DNA from: a virus
Virus record (IMG/VR): IMGVR_UViG_3300045988_101805
Span: 1-35,912 of that record
Length of the DNA: 35,912 bases
Direction: 5' to 3' (one strand)
A model generated the notes under the pieces. The model saw only the letters and a list, made by a program, of their open reading frames with translations. It was not told the DNA's origin and searched no databases. Made by a program: the position numbers and the translations under genes. Below are positions 6,210-15,297 of this stretch, one piece after another (position 1 is the stretch's first letter; every line of letters starts with the position of its first letter).

Positions 6210-6378
6210 AATCAAAGAAGCAAGAATTGCAACAGGATTGAGCAGAGCAGAAATTGCAAAAATAATGGAAGTACCGTACCGCACTTGGGAAAATTGGGAA
6301 AGCGACAACAACCCGAACTACCCGAAACCATACTTTGAGCGACTTATTCTGAAAGAGCTTAAAAATATCCATAAATAA
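6202..6378 (+). CDS. 58-aa HTH-like small regulator
   Basis: RBS CAGGAGAAA. Translates MNKIKEARIATGLSRAEIAKIMEVPYRTWENWES..., an XRE-like HTH. Confidence 0.6.
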   Translation: MNKIKEARIATGLSRAEIAKIMEVPYRTWENWESDNNPNYPKPYFERLILKELKNIHK

Positions 6379-6383
6379 CAAAC

Positions 6384-6417
6384 TCCCCTCACCCACTTTT
6401 TACGGCGGATGAGGGGA
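6384..6417. terminator. Bidirectional hairpin between the micro-cassette (+) and the lysis genes (-)
   Basis: TCCCCTCA (6384-6391) pairs with TGAGGGGA (6410-6417), followed by ATATTTTT. Confidence 0.55.
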
Positions 6418-6449
6418 ATATTTTTGCAATTATGTGTTCGGTTTAAAAC

Positions 6450-7247
6450 TTATTTTATTTTTGCGGTATAGTCAAGGGCAATCCAGCCTGCACCGCTTTT
6501 GAGTTTGCCCCACTTTTTAGCGCCTGTGCCTGTTTTTTCGGCAACAATCGTGTACGCTCCGCCCTTGGGGATTGAGCCGCACACGGCATAGTTTGTGCCT
6601 GCACCTTTGCGAATATTTACACCGTCATTTGCGGTAATCCTGACAATGTACGGCTTAAACGCTTTTGATACACTCGGCTTTGCAGTCTGTGCAGGCTTTG
6701 TTGTGCCTGATGAGCTTGCCGACTTGTATTTATAGCCGAAATAGTTGCACATACCCTTGCAGATTGCCTCAGCGATAGCGTTTGTGTTATTGCGAATCCA
6801 GTTTGAGCCTGTCACGGTGTCATGAAATTCACACTCAACATACACAGTTAATGCCCTCGGCACATTGATTTCGTAAAGGTCGGTTTTATAGCTAACCGAA
6901 TCATCCTTGCCGGGCGAGATTGCTCCGAGGGCATTTTTCACCGATTCGGCAGCCTTTCTGCCGTTTGAGTTCAGGCAAAACACTCTTGTACCGCCTGTGT
7001 ATTTGCCGTTAAAAGCGTTGGTGTGAATCGGCATATGAATGTCTGCACCGAACTTGTCCGATTCGGGACAGCGTGTCTGCATAAGCGTTCCCGACTTTGC
7101 GACCATAACCTCAAAACCACAACGCTTAAGAGCTTTGGCTGTTGCGGCGGCGATTTTGTCGCACTGAGCCATTTCGTTTGTACCGCCAGTTGCATAGGTG
7201 TTTCTGTTCTGATTTGACGGACTGAGATAAATTCTTTTTGCTGGCAT
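6450..7247 (-). CDS. Endolysin: N-acetylmuramoyl-L-alanine amidase (Amidase_3-like) + C-terminal SH3 wall-binding domain
   Basis: YLSPSNQ..., IHMPIHTNAF and YVECEFHD are amidase-type Zn/catalytic motifs. The C-terminus GVNIRKGAGTNYAVCGSIPKGGAYTIV...WGKLKSGAGWIALDY is SH3b-like. Confidence 0.9.
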   Translation of the reverse strand: MPAKRIYLSPSNQNRNTYATGGTNEMAQCDKIAAATAKALKRCGFEVMVAKSGTLMQTRCPESDKFGADIHMPIHTNAFNGKYTGGTRVFCLNSNGRKAAESVKNALGAISPGKDDSVSYKTDLYEINVPRALTVYVECEFHDTVTGSNWIRNNTNAIAEAICKGMCNYFGYKYKSASSSGTTKPAQTAKPSVSKAFKPYIVRITANDGVNIRKGAGTNYAVCGSIPKGGAYTIVAEKTGTGAKKWGKLKSGAGWIALDYTAKIK

Positions 7248-7249
7248 AA

Positions 7250-7462
7250 TTATTCCTCACTTTCTTTAACTTCCGGCAAGCCACCGACACTTGTAAGCAT
7301 TGAGAGAATGCCGGCAAGAAGTGTTGAACTTGCAACCGCAACCCAGTTTACATCGCTCATTACTACCGCAACTGAGAGTGTTGCCGCTGCAGTCTGTGCC
7401 ATTGTCTTTGCAGCTCTGATGAGTGCCGCAACCGCCCATTTCTTAATTTTCTTCTTATTCAT
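7250..7462 (-). CDS. Holin (r1t-holin-like, 70 aa)
   Basis: ATG 7462 with AAAGGA RBS. KKWAVAALIRAAKTMAQTAAATL...VNWVAVASSTLLAGILSMLTSV gives two TM helices plus a charged tail. Lies directly upstream of the endolysin. Confidence 0.8.
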   Translation of the reverse strand: MNKKKIKKWAVAALIRAAKTMAQTAAATLSVAVVMSDVNWVAVASSTLLAGILSMLTSVGGLPEVKESEE

Positions 7463-7775
7463 TATTTTCATCCTTTCTAATAGGGTTAGTCGGTAAGTCC
7501 ATGACCTTCTCGTGCATATCGTCCATTGTGCCGTTCTGCCCGAGGTGATGATATGACTGATAACATTTATCATAAGCATCTTTGGCATAAACTTCAATCC
7601 ACCCTCTTTTTATGTATTTTTCGCCCGAGCGGATAAGCTCCGCCCTGAGCAATGACTGTGTACCTTTGCCGATTGCCTTAATCTTGCTCCACTCGGTTTT
7701 TACGATTGCAACAATTGCGGTAAGTATAACGCCAAAAAGGGCCTGCACCCAATATTGTATAATCCAATCCCACAT
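7455..7775 (-). CDS. N-terminally membrane-anchored protein of the lysis cassette
   Basis: WIIQYWVQALFGVILTAIVAIV is a TM helix. The stop overlaps the holin start by 8 nt. Confidence 0.6.
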   Translation of the reverse strand: MWDWIIQYWVQALFGVILTAIVAIVKTEWSKIKAIGKGTQSLLRAELIRSGEKYIKRGWIEVYAKDAYDKCYQSYHHLGQNGTMDDMHEKVMDLPTNPIRKDENNE

Positions 7776-7776
7776 T

Positions 7777-9459
7777 TTAACTTACTCCTTTTATATCCCA
7801 ATCGCAATGGTCGGCTGGTGCAGCATACAACTTCTTAATTTCAGATATATTGACGCAGCGGTCAACAGTAAGTACATTCGGCGTGTCAGAATATTCACCT
7901 TTCAGCGTTCTTGCCTGAATTTCAGTATTACCAAAATCACAGTTGCGAATAGTAATACTTGAACCTGTTTTGATTGACAATCCAAAATCGCTATTGTCAG
8001 CATTTTCGTGGTTCTGATAGCCAACAGTGCAATTTGTGGGGATAATTTTGCAGTTTTCAATCAATCCTACCTCACCAAAGCTGTGACCACATCCGAGCGC
8101 TGGAACCGTTGTTTTGCCAGAATAATCAACGCAATCCGCTCTGCCACCCCACTTAAATATGCAATTAGCGACTGTCCATTCTGTTGCATAACCTGTACCG
8201 CCAGATTCGAGATGTAAAGCGTAACGGATATTTTTACAATCAAATGTAAAACCTTTGATGTGAGTGTGGACATTCAAATCCAAATGAAACGGACATTTTT
8301 TGATTATATCTTTTGACATCAATTTAGACTTATCAAACCCTGTCGCACCGTCCCACTTAATTATTGTAGCCTGTGGATTGTATATATTTTCAGACTCATA
8401 ATAGACATAGTCTTTCATCATTACCCCACGATAACCCACAAGTCCCACATCAGACATTCCTGCAAATTTATCTTGCATATCTGTATATGTGCCTTGTGCA
8501 ACGATGATTGTGTAGCGATTATGGTAGTTGTTGTCTGTTATGCTATCATTAGCAGACAGAATAGAATTGAACTTCGTAACGCCAAAACCGTCAGTATTCT
8601 CGTTGTAATCATTTGAAATATACAGATAATTCATAGCGTAGTCGGGAGCCTGGTACAACTCAGGTTTAATTCTTTCGCTTATAAAATCCGGATTTGCGTA
8701 CGCTGATTTTTTGTTGTTCTGTTCAAGTTGAAGATTACAACTGTTGTCAACAAGTCTATTTGTAGCAACCGCAACTTTAATCGAATTTACGGTTACATTT
8801 TCTGTCGCTGTATAAGTAGCCACTGCATTTTTAAAAGCACTAACTTCTGACAAGAGCCAAGATGAGCTAATTGCTGTCTGTCCGTTCGCAGGATAGAAAA
8901 CACAGCCACCGTTTGCAATGTTAGCAAAATTCTGCAACGATAAGCAATACGCTTTGCCTTTCTCAAGAGTAACCGCACGCTTGAGTTTGAGATAAAAATT
9001 AACCGCAGCGGTAGATGTGCCGCTTAAACTGATTTTGCCTTTGACAACTGTAACGGTTACACCGTTTTGATGTTGTGAATAATCTGCCAAATAAGCCAAA
9101 TTTATACTCTTAGTAACATCAAATAATTTGCTACTGTCTACTTTTTCGCCAAATTTATTTATGACATCATCTGCCAAGTTGACAGCTCTGACCGTGCCTG
9201 CTGCATCTTTAATTCCGTCTGTGATACCGTAACCTGCAAGGGTACTGGCTTTATCTGCTTTTTCCGCAAGATTTGCGTTGACTGTATCAAGCCTTGCTCC
9301 AAGTGAATTAGAACCGCCTCTTGCCGTGGCTATTTCGGTTTCAAGTGCAATTGCTCCGTCTGTTGCCCGTTCAATCCCCTCGTCCATATGGTTGAGGTTG
9401 TCGGCATTGAGAGCAGGAGCAGAGCCGTTCACAAAGCCGATTTTATTGTATTTGTTCAT
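7777..9459 (-). CDS. Tail fibre / receptor-binding protein
   Basis: Last large tail gene. The N-terminus GFVNGSAPALNADNLNHMDEGI is a motif I associate with Firmicute phage fibres. The Gly/Cys/Asn-rich C-terminal half could be beta-helical. Confidence 0.7.
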   Translation of the reverse strand: MNKYNKIGFVNGSAPALNADNLNHMDEGIERATDGAIALETEIATARGGSNSLGARLDTVNANLAEKADKASTLAGYGITDGIKDAAGTVRAVNLADDVINKFGEKVDSSKLFDVTKSINLAYLADYSQHQNGVTVTVVKGKISLSGTSTAAVNFYLKLKRAVTLEKGKAYCLSLQNFANIANGGCVFYPANGQTAISSSWLLSEVSAFKNAVATYTATENVTVNSIKVAVATNRLVDNSCNLQLEQNNKKSAYANPDFISERIKPELYQAPDYAMNYLYISNDYNENTDGFGVTKFNSILSANDSITDNNYHNRYTIIVAQGTYTDMQDKFAGMSDVGLVGYRGVMMKDYVYYESENIYNPQATIIKWDGATGFDKSKLMSKDIIKKCPFHLDLNVHTHIKGFTFDCKNIRYALHLESGGTGYATEWTVANCIFKWGGRADCVDYSGKTTVPALGCGHSFGEVGLIENCKIIPTNCTVGYQNHENADNSDFGLSIKTGSSITIRNCDFGNTEIQARTLKGEYSDTPNVLTVDRCVNISEIKKLYAAPADHCDWDIKGVS

Positions 9460-10654
9460 TCTCTTTTATTTCCTTTCCTAATCGCTTTTCACCCTTTGAT
9501 GTGAGGGTAGTTATAAATCCGTCCATTTTCTTATTGAACACAAATGTTTCGATTGTCGGCAAATCCTTAAACGGAGTTTTAATTGTGTACTTATCGCCTG
9601 CCTCAAGCCACCAATACGAAAACAGCTTAATTTTTGTCGGGCGGTATTTATATACACTGCCAAAAAAATTAGCAGAATTATATTTAGCACCGATATCACT
9701 TGCTGTTGTTCTGCACCTCATCAAAATATTATCGGAAACATACCACGAAAAATCGTTACTGCTGCCATACAAATATGTTTTTTTATCGGCAAACTTAGCA
9801 CTGTACATACGGATAGGTTCAAGTTCGTAATCCTCAAAAGACAGGTCCTTGTATGAATCAACGGTATCTGCCGACTTTTTGCCGTAGAGCGATAAAAATT
9901 TAAGATACCCGTATTTAGGGTCAATCATCGCAAAACACAAGGATAATTCCGCATAAGCCTGAATTAAATCCGATAGGGTAATATTCCTTATAACCTTTTC
10001 CACGCAGGCATCATCAAAATTAAGAGGCAAACTTAAAATATCAAGTTCCGGCAAGTATGAAACAGCCTCCACACCGTAATCTTTCCACTTATCATAAAGG
10101 GCGCCGTATAAATTCTTAAAAGTTTGGTCTTTTGCATAGTGAGCATAACCATAACCAAAACTGCCGTCCTCGTTCTCTTTGCCTGCAAACCACAAAGACA
10201 CATCCACCTTTGACATATCATAAAAAGCGTCATAGGCTGTGATTTTGACGATGTTACGCTGTTTTTTATCTCTTTGAGCCGACTGAATTTTACCGTAGAA
10301 AACAGGACATTCAACCGTTCCTGTTTCGGCAGGACAAATAAGAGTATTTGACGGGTACAAATCATCTGACGGATACAGCTCCGATTCAAGATATGTTGCC
10401 GTTATGATGACCTGTACCGTCTTTCCTATCAAAGCCGAACAATCATAATCAATGAGTTTCACGCTCATTTCAGAGGCTATGCAACCGCCGAATTTCAATT
10501 CTTTTTCAACGATTTCATTTTCAAGCGAAAAACTGTCGAGCACGATACTTTCGCCGGTTATATCCTCAAAACTGCCGTCAGGAGAATGCAGGGCAACAGT
10601 ATTGTAAAGTGTGTTTGTTTTCAGCTTATCAGCAATTTCTTTAGATACAAGCAT
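9443..10654 (-). CDS. Tail-tip/baseplate protein (Tal-like position)
   Basis: 403 aa, between the Dit-like gene and the fibre gene. RBS AAGGGGTGA. Function assigned by synteny only. Confidence 0.6.
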   Translation of the reverse strand: MLVSKEIADKLKTNTLYNTVALHSPDGSFEDITGESIVLDSFSLENEIVEKELKFGGCIASEMSVKLIDYDCSALIGKTVQVIITATYLESELYPSDDLYPSNTLICPAETGTVECPVFYGKIQSAQRDKKQRNIVKITAYDAFYDMSKVDVSLWFAGKENEDGSFGYGYAHYAKDQTFKNLYGALYDKWKDYGVEAVSYLPELDILSLPLNFDDACVEKVIRNITLSDLIQAYAELSLCFAMIDPKYGYLKFLSLYGKKSADTVDSYKDLSFEDYELEPIRMYSAKFADKKTYLYGSSNDFSWYVSDNILMRCRTTASDIGAKYNSANFFGSVYKYRPTKIKLFSYWWLEAGDKYTIKTPFKDLPTIETFVFNKKMDGFITTLTSKGEKRLGKEIKENEQIQ

Positions 10655-10670
10655 TTTTAAGAATCACCCC

Positions 10671-11072
10671 TTAATACTCAATCAGCTCAACCGTAATCGG
10701 CTGATAGGTTATATCACTTTTTTCGGCATTCATTACGGTATATTCAATATCAGGAATATAAAAATAAGAGGTGTAATAGCTGTTCGTTTCATCGTTCCAA
10801 TAAGTTACCCTGCACTTTCTCTGTAATTTATTCGCCATTGAGAGGTTGATAATCGACTGAAAATCAATCTTTTCGTTAAGATGAAGAATGTGAGTTGAAA
10901 ACGAAATTTTTGTTTTGTAATTTGGCAGCGTTGCCCTTTGAAGCGTACCGTTCTGATCTCGTTCCGCAGAAGTTTCAAGTCGCTGATTCGGAGTTGACGA
11001 AAATGCGTTAATGTACTTATTCGGCATGATGTTGTTGCCGAATTTAAGCAAATAGCCGTTATAATTTGACAT
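10671..11072 (-). CDS. Distal tail protein-like (short Dit-position protein)
   Basis: 133 aa immediately after the tape measure gene. RBS AAGGGGA. Assigned by synteny. Confidence 0.55.
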   Translation of the reverse strand: MSNYNGYLLKFGNNIMPNKYINAFSSTPNQRLETSAERDQNGTLQRATLPNYKTKISFSTHILHLNEKIDFQSIINLSMANKLQRKCRVTYWNDETNSYYTSYFYIPDIEYTVMNAEKSDITYQPITVELIEY

Positions 11073-11084
11073 ATCATTCCCCTT

Positions 11085-14006
11085 TTATGCAAATGCGGAT
11101 TTACCGTTGTGTCTGCGTCTGTAAAGCTCATCCTGCCTTATCATTTCTTCAAAAAGCGTTGAACCCTCAAGTTCTGCCGTAAACAAATAAGTGTTGCCGC
11201 CGTTATTGCGGAAGATAATGAACATTTCATAAATGCGTTTAAGCAGGTCAAGAATTTGCGTAAGAATCACGGTATCCTGACCGCCCGAATTGTCGAGCAT
11301 ACCCTGCAACTTGTTGAGCGGAGAAATAACCTCAGGATTGCCGCTGTTAGCACCTGCGTTATCGCCGACAACAGCAAGTGTCGGAGCTTTAACAATACCG
11401 CCTTTTGCAAATTTTCGTGCCGGTGATTCCGTGGGTTCTTCAAATCTCGGAATGAGAGGAGGATTTTCAGGCATTGAAAAGCTCCAATCCTGTCCAAATG
11501 CCGCTCCGATAATACCGGCAATTCCGCCGATTGAATTAACAACGCCCGAAACAAAGTTATAAATACCCGTCCACAACGCATTTATGCCGTCAATGATTGC
11601 GTTTATAATGAACTTAAACACGGCGCAAATGCCGTCCCAAATGCCTTTGAAGAAGTCGTAGATACCCTGCCATGCTTTTTTCCAATCGCCTGAGAAAACA
11701 CCTGTGATGAAGTCAAGAAGACCGCCGAATGTTTTCTGTATAGAGGTAACCAACTCACCGATAAATGTAAACACATTATCAAACACCCTTTTTACGGCAT
11801 TGAAAACATTCTGAAATATAGGTCCCCAAAAACTGACAAGCCAGTTTACAAACGGTGACAGGAAGTTATTCCACACGGTCGAAACACAGTCTGCAACCTT
11901 GCCGAAGAAATTTATTGCACCCTCAAAAACAGGCTTCAGCCAGTTTTCCCAAGCTGACTTTACGATTGCTACGATAAAATCCCACGCAGGCTTAATCCAT
12001 TGATTGTAAACATTCATCAGGGTTGTACCGATATTGGTAAACATATTGCAGACATTCTGAAAAATCTGCTGTCCGCTGCCGTTCCACCATTTGCTGATAA
12101 CTGTTCCGATATCTCCGAAAATCTGACCGACAAGATTAAAAACATTTGCAAACTGCAATTGTAAATTTTCAAGAAATTTTATGATTGTTGCACCGTCATT
12201 TTCAGTCCATTCAACAAGGCTTTCGGTTGCGATTGAAAACGCACCCGAAACAACTTCGCCGACTGAGCCCGCAAAGGTTGTAAGACCGCTTAAAAGATTG
12301 GAAATTGATTCTTCCATTTGAGGGCGAACATTGTCAATTGCAGTGCCTGCAAGAGTACCGAAATTATCAAAAAAAATTGAAAGGTTGTTATAGCCGTTTG
12401 TAAGATTGTTGCCTATGGTGTCGATAAAGCCGATAATCTTTTCCCTGTCTTTTGAAATCCACTTAGCAACACCGCCTGAAATGGTCTGAAACGACTTTCC
12501 GCCGATTGTCGCAACCGCTCCGAATGCAGAACCGATTGCCCCGAGTTTTGCAGAACCGACCTTTTGCATTGTGCCGAATGCCTTTTGAACTATGGGAACA
12601 GCATTATCAAAAACAGTCTTGCAGTTCTTGCCTATAGCTGACCAATCAACCTTGTTAATACCTTTCTGTACATTCTCGACAAAGCCTTTGAATCCGCTTT
12701 TTTCGTATAGATTTTTGAATGCCCCCGAAAGGTTTTTGCTTGTGTCCTTGACAACATTCTTTGCAACAGCTCCGCCCGATGAACCGCCTGAAGAGCTTTT
12801 TGATGAGGAGGTGTCTGACTTTGAAGATGAGCTGTCAGAGCTTGAAAGCACATTCAGCTTATCAAAGCCCGCAACACTTCTCTTTGCTTTTTCGGAACTT
12901 TTCTGAACATTATCAAGTGACTTTGAACTGTCATCTGCCGTATCCGTAAGGCTTTTGGCAGAATCGGACGCAGATTTGATATTGCTTGCGGTGTTGTTGC
13001 CTGTATCCCAGCCGAATACCTTTGAAAGCGATTCAACCGCACCTTTGGCATATTCCGTTAAAGTTGCAAGTGCGGAACTCAACCGCTTTACAACCTGAGT
13101 TGCCACCTGAAGAATAGGCTGACCGACTACGGCAAGGAGCTGTTTCCAACTTTCTCTGAGGTTGCCCGTTACATTCTCCCAACCGTCTGCTTCACGGCTT
13201 GCCTGTCCCATAGCACCCGAAAGCTGATTAGCGTCCTTAACCATTTGCAAAAGCGTGAGCTGTTTCTGCGATTCCGACAAATCCGTAAATGACTTGCCAT
13301 ACAGCTTATTAGCCGCCGCATTTCGTGTGGTTTCAGTACAGGACAAACCGAGTGCGGCGTCATTTTCAAAGTTACCTTTGAGAAATGATTTCAGGCTTTC
13401 TGCGGTGTCTTCAAGCGAACGGTCGTAATATGCGGCACTGTCGGCTGTTACCTGTAAAGCCTCCTGCATCATTCCCAAAGCACTTGAACTGTCCATACCC
13501 GTAGTTTTTGCAAAGGCATAAATGCTTGTGCCGACACCCTGTAATCGGGTTTCAAGAATACCGCTCTGATTGGCAACGCTCTGAATGGCTGATTCTGCCT
13601 GTGACTGCATTGTGCCGAAAGTCTGCTCAAACTGCGAATTTGCCGCATTGACTTCCGCAGCCGATTCAATGCACTGCTGACCGAACTCCTTAATTTTGGC
13701 AACGGAAAAGGCGGCAACCACAGCTGTACCGATTTTCTTAAACGAAGATGAAACCGAATTGCTTAACTGCTCACCGCTGCCTTTGATGTTTGAAAACTCT
13801 TTCTCGGTTTTTTGAGAAACGCCCTCCGAAACCTTTGAAAAGGACCGTTTCATATCCGTGCTTACATTTTCAAAATCTTTTGAAAGACTTGAAAATGCCG
13901 AATCAAACTTTTTGGTAATTGAATCGGAAATCTTATGCAATGTTTTGGAAATATCATCACCCGTAAGCCTGACATCAAGCTCAATTTCACCCGCCTTTGT
14001 CGCCAT
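11085..14006 (-). CDS. Tail tape measure protein
   Basis: About 970 aa, helical, Ala/Ser/Gly-rich, with a Trp/Phe-rich repeat region (WNNFLSPFVNWLVSFWGPIF...). Lies after the chaperones. ATG 14006 has the better spacing to AAAGGAAGTG; the track's GTG is at 14015. Confidence 0.9.
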   Translation of the reverse strand: MATKAGEIELDVRLTGDDISKTLHKISDSITKKFDSAFSSLSKDFENVSTDMKRSFSKVSEGVSQKTEKEFSNIKGSGEQLSNSVSSSFKKIGTAVVAAFSVAKIKEFGQQCIESAAEVNAANSQFEQTFGTMQSQAESAIQSVANQSGILETRLQGVGTSIYAFAKTTGMDSSSALGMMQEALQVTADSAAYYDRSLEDTAESLKSFLKGNFENDAALGLSCTETTRNAAANKLYGKSFTDLSESQKQLTLLQMVKDANQLSGAMGQASREADGWENVTGNLRESWKQLLAVVGQPILQVATQVVKRLSSALATLTEYAKGAVESLSKVFGWDTGNNTASNIKSASDSAKSLTDTADDSSKSLDNVQKSSEKAKRSVAGFDKLNVLSSSDSSSSKSDTSSSKSSSGGSSGGAVAKNVVKDTSKNLSGAFKNLYEKSGFKGFVENVQKGINKVDWSAIGKNCKTVFDNAVPIVQKAFGTMQKVGSAKLGAIGSAFGAVATIGGKSFQTISGGVAKWISKDREKIIGFIDTIGNNLTNGYNNLSIFFDNFGTLAGTAIDNVRPQMEESISNLLSGLTTFAGSVGEVVSGAFSIATESLVEWTENDGATIIKFLENLQLQFANVFNLVGQIFGDIGTVISKWWNGSGQQIFQNVCNMFTNIGTTLMNVYNQWIKPAWDFIVAIVKSAWENWLKPVFEGAINFFGKVADCVSTVWNNFLSPFVNWLVSFWGPIFQNVFNAVKRVFDNVFTFIGELVTSIQKTFGGLLDFITGVFSGDWKKAWQGIYDFFKGIWDGICAVFKFIINAIIDGINALWTGIYNFVSGVVNSIGGIAGIIGAAFGQDWSFSMPENPPLIPRFEEPTESPARKFAKGGIVKAPTLAVVGDNAGANSGNPEVISPLNKLQGMLDNSGGQDTVILTQILDLLKRIYEMFIIFRNNGGNTYLFTAELEGSTLFEEMIRQDELYRRRHNGKSAFA

Positions 14007-14101
14007 ATTCACCACTTCCTTTCATTTTAGATTCTTTAAAAACAGGCATAAAAACAGCGCACACTGTTATGATGTACGCTAATAAAATTTTGCAAAAGAA
14101 C

Positions 14102-14123
14102 AGCCACCCCGTTTGGAGTGGCT
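14102..14123. terminator. Hairpin terminator after the moron, upstream of the TMP gene
   Basis: AGCCACCCC gttt GGAGTGGCT. The T-run is clean on the + strand and interrupted (GTTCTTTTGC) on the - strand. Confidence 0.5.
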
Positions 14124-14130
14124 TTTTGTT

Positions 14131-14859
14131 TTATTTGTTGAGTTCGTAGTATTTGATGTCGATTTTCGGAAGTGACACATTGTTGCCCATTACGGTTTCA
14201 TATGTATAGTCGCCGTCGCAAGTTCCCCAGAATGCGATTACATCATCTTCAAGGAGTTTGTCCGCACCGTCAGGAATTTCTACAGTTGCGTAGATTGTAT
14301 CAGTCCACAATGGTTCATCAAGATACTCATTTTCTTCTTTGGTTATATTGATTCTCAGGTCAACCGAATCGCCCCAGCCTTCCTGAACCTGAATAATCTG
14401 ACCTTCAAACTTGTAGTCATTACCTTTGTACTTGTCAGGGTTTCTTGAAAGAGTTTTAAAGTCGATTGTTTTGCAACCGTCTTTAAATTCTTTTTCAACC
14501 TTCTTCGGGTCTTTAGTAGGCTTTTCTGTTGCAACTTCTTTTGTGGTCGGTGCTTCTGTCGCTTTTTCAGTCGCTTTTTCAGTTGCTTTTTCTGAACTCT
14601 GATTTGCAACAGTAGTTTCCTGCTTTGATTTGTTTGAGCTGCTGTTACCGTTAATTGCACCGTTTACACCGCCAACAATCATAATAGCAACAACGATAAT
14701 AACCCAAAAATACCAACGCTTGTAAATTTTCTTCTTTGCATTTGCAGGATTTACGGTTGCCGAAGTTGAATCGTTTCCGCCAAAGCCTGCACCGCACTTG
14801 TCGCAAAATTTTGCATCGTCCTTTAATTCGTTTCCGCAATGTGGACATTTCATAAACAT
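14131..14859 (-). CDS. Zinc-ribbon / single-pass membrane protein with extracytoplasmic domain (moron)
   Basis: MKCPHCGNELKDDAKFCDKCG ribbon, TM helix WYFWVIIVVAIMIVGGV, then a Ser/Thr/Lys linker with EKATEKATEKATE and a 130-aa C-terminal domain. Confidence 0.8.
   Translation of the reverse strand: MFMKCPHCGNELKDDAKFCDKCGAGFGGNDSTSATVNPANAKKKIYKRWYFWVIIVVAIMIVGGVNGAINGNSSSNKSKQETTVANQSSEKATEKATEKATEAPTTKEVATEKPTKDPKKVEKEFKDGCKTIDFKTLSRNPDKYKGNDYKFEGQIIQVQEGWGDSVDLRINITKEENEYLDEPLWTDTIYATVEIPDGADKLLEDDVIAFWGTCDGDYTYETVMGNNVSLPKIDIKYYELNK
14558..14593. repeat. 3 x 12-bp tandem coding repeat (EKAT repeats)
   Basis: GTCGCTTTTTCA, GTCGCTTTTTCA, GTTGCTTTTTCT, all inside the moron ORF. Confidence 0.8.
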
Positions 14860-14894
14860 ACACTCTCCTTAATAAATTTGTTAGTGTATGTTAC

Positions 14895-14923
14895 ATTTTA
14901 TCACTATATATTAACATTGTCAA
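14895..14923 (-). promoter_or_regulatory. Consensus sigma-A promoter dedicated to the moron
   Basis: The minus strand reads TTGACA (14923-14918), 17-nt spacer, TAAAAT (14900-14895), followed by the AAGGAGAG RBS. Confidence 0.65.
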
Positions 14924-14958
14924 GAATTTTGTAGATACAGCGAAAATTATGTACAAAT

Positions 14959-15297
14959 TTACAGATTGGCGAAGAAGTTTTGAAATTCTGCAAGAACGGT
15001 GTTCATATCTTCGTCTGAATAGTGCTTTACATTTCTTGACCGCCATTTGTTGCGGATTTTATGCTGTGACGAAGTAAAGTTTTTCAAGACCTCTTTGTCG
15101 GTTTCAAGGCGAATTTGAACCGTTCTTGCAAGTGGTGTTTCGGGTCCTAAGCCTTGCAGAAGTGAGCAGAACTCATTCCAACTCATTTTTGCAAAATCCT
15201 TTGAATAAATGCTGACCCCGTACTCCGAGCGAAAGCTCGACACGATTAAATCAAAGTCATCAATCAGGTCGTAGCCGGGGTCTGAGCTTCCCCCTCG
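14959..15297 (-). CDS. Tail assembly chaperone -1 frame extension (gpT-like), expressed as a G-T fusion
   Basis: This frame is open from 15297 with no convincing own start. It is -1 relative to 15264..15581 and overlaps that gene's last ~11 codons. Confidence 0.7.
   Translation of the reverse strand, partial: RGGSSDPGYDLIDDFDLIVSSFRSEYGVSIYSKDFAKMSWNEFCSLLQGLGPETPLARTVQIRLETDKEVLKNFTSSQHKIRNKWRSRNVKHYSDEDMNTVLAEFQNFFANL

Noticed and set aside
11267-13717. Many 60-104-aa ORFs on both strands inside the tape measure gene
   Set aside because: All are nested in a long, well-supported CDS, lack RBSs, and have the biased composition typical of alternative frames of a repetitive gene.
14558-14593. 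Short tandem repeat as a possible CRISPR or VNTR element
   Set aside because: It is only three 12-bp units, in frame inside a CDS (EKAT repeats), with no spacers. I saw no CRISPR-like array anywhere in the window.
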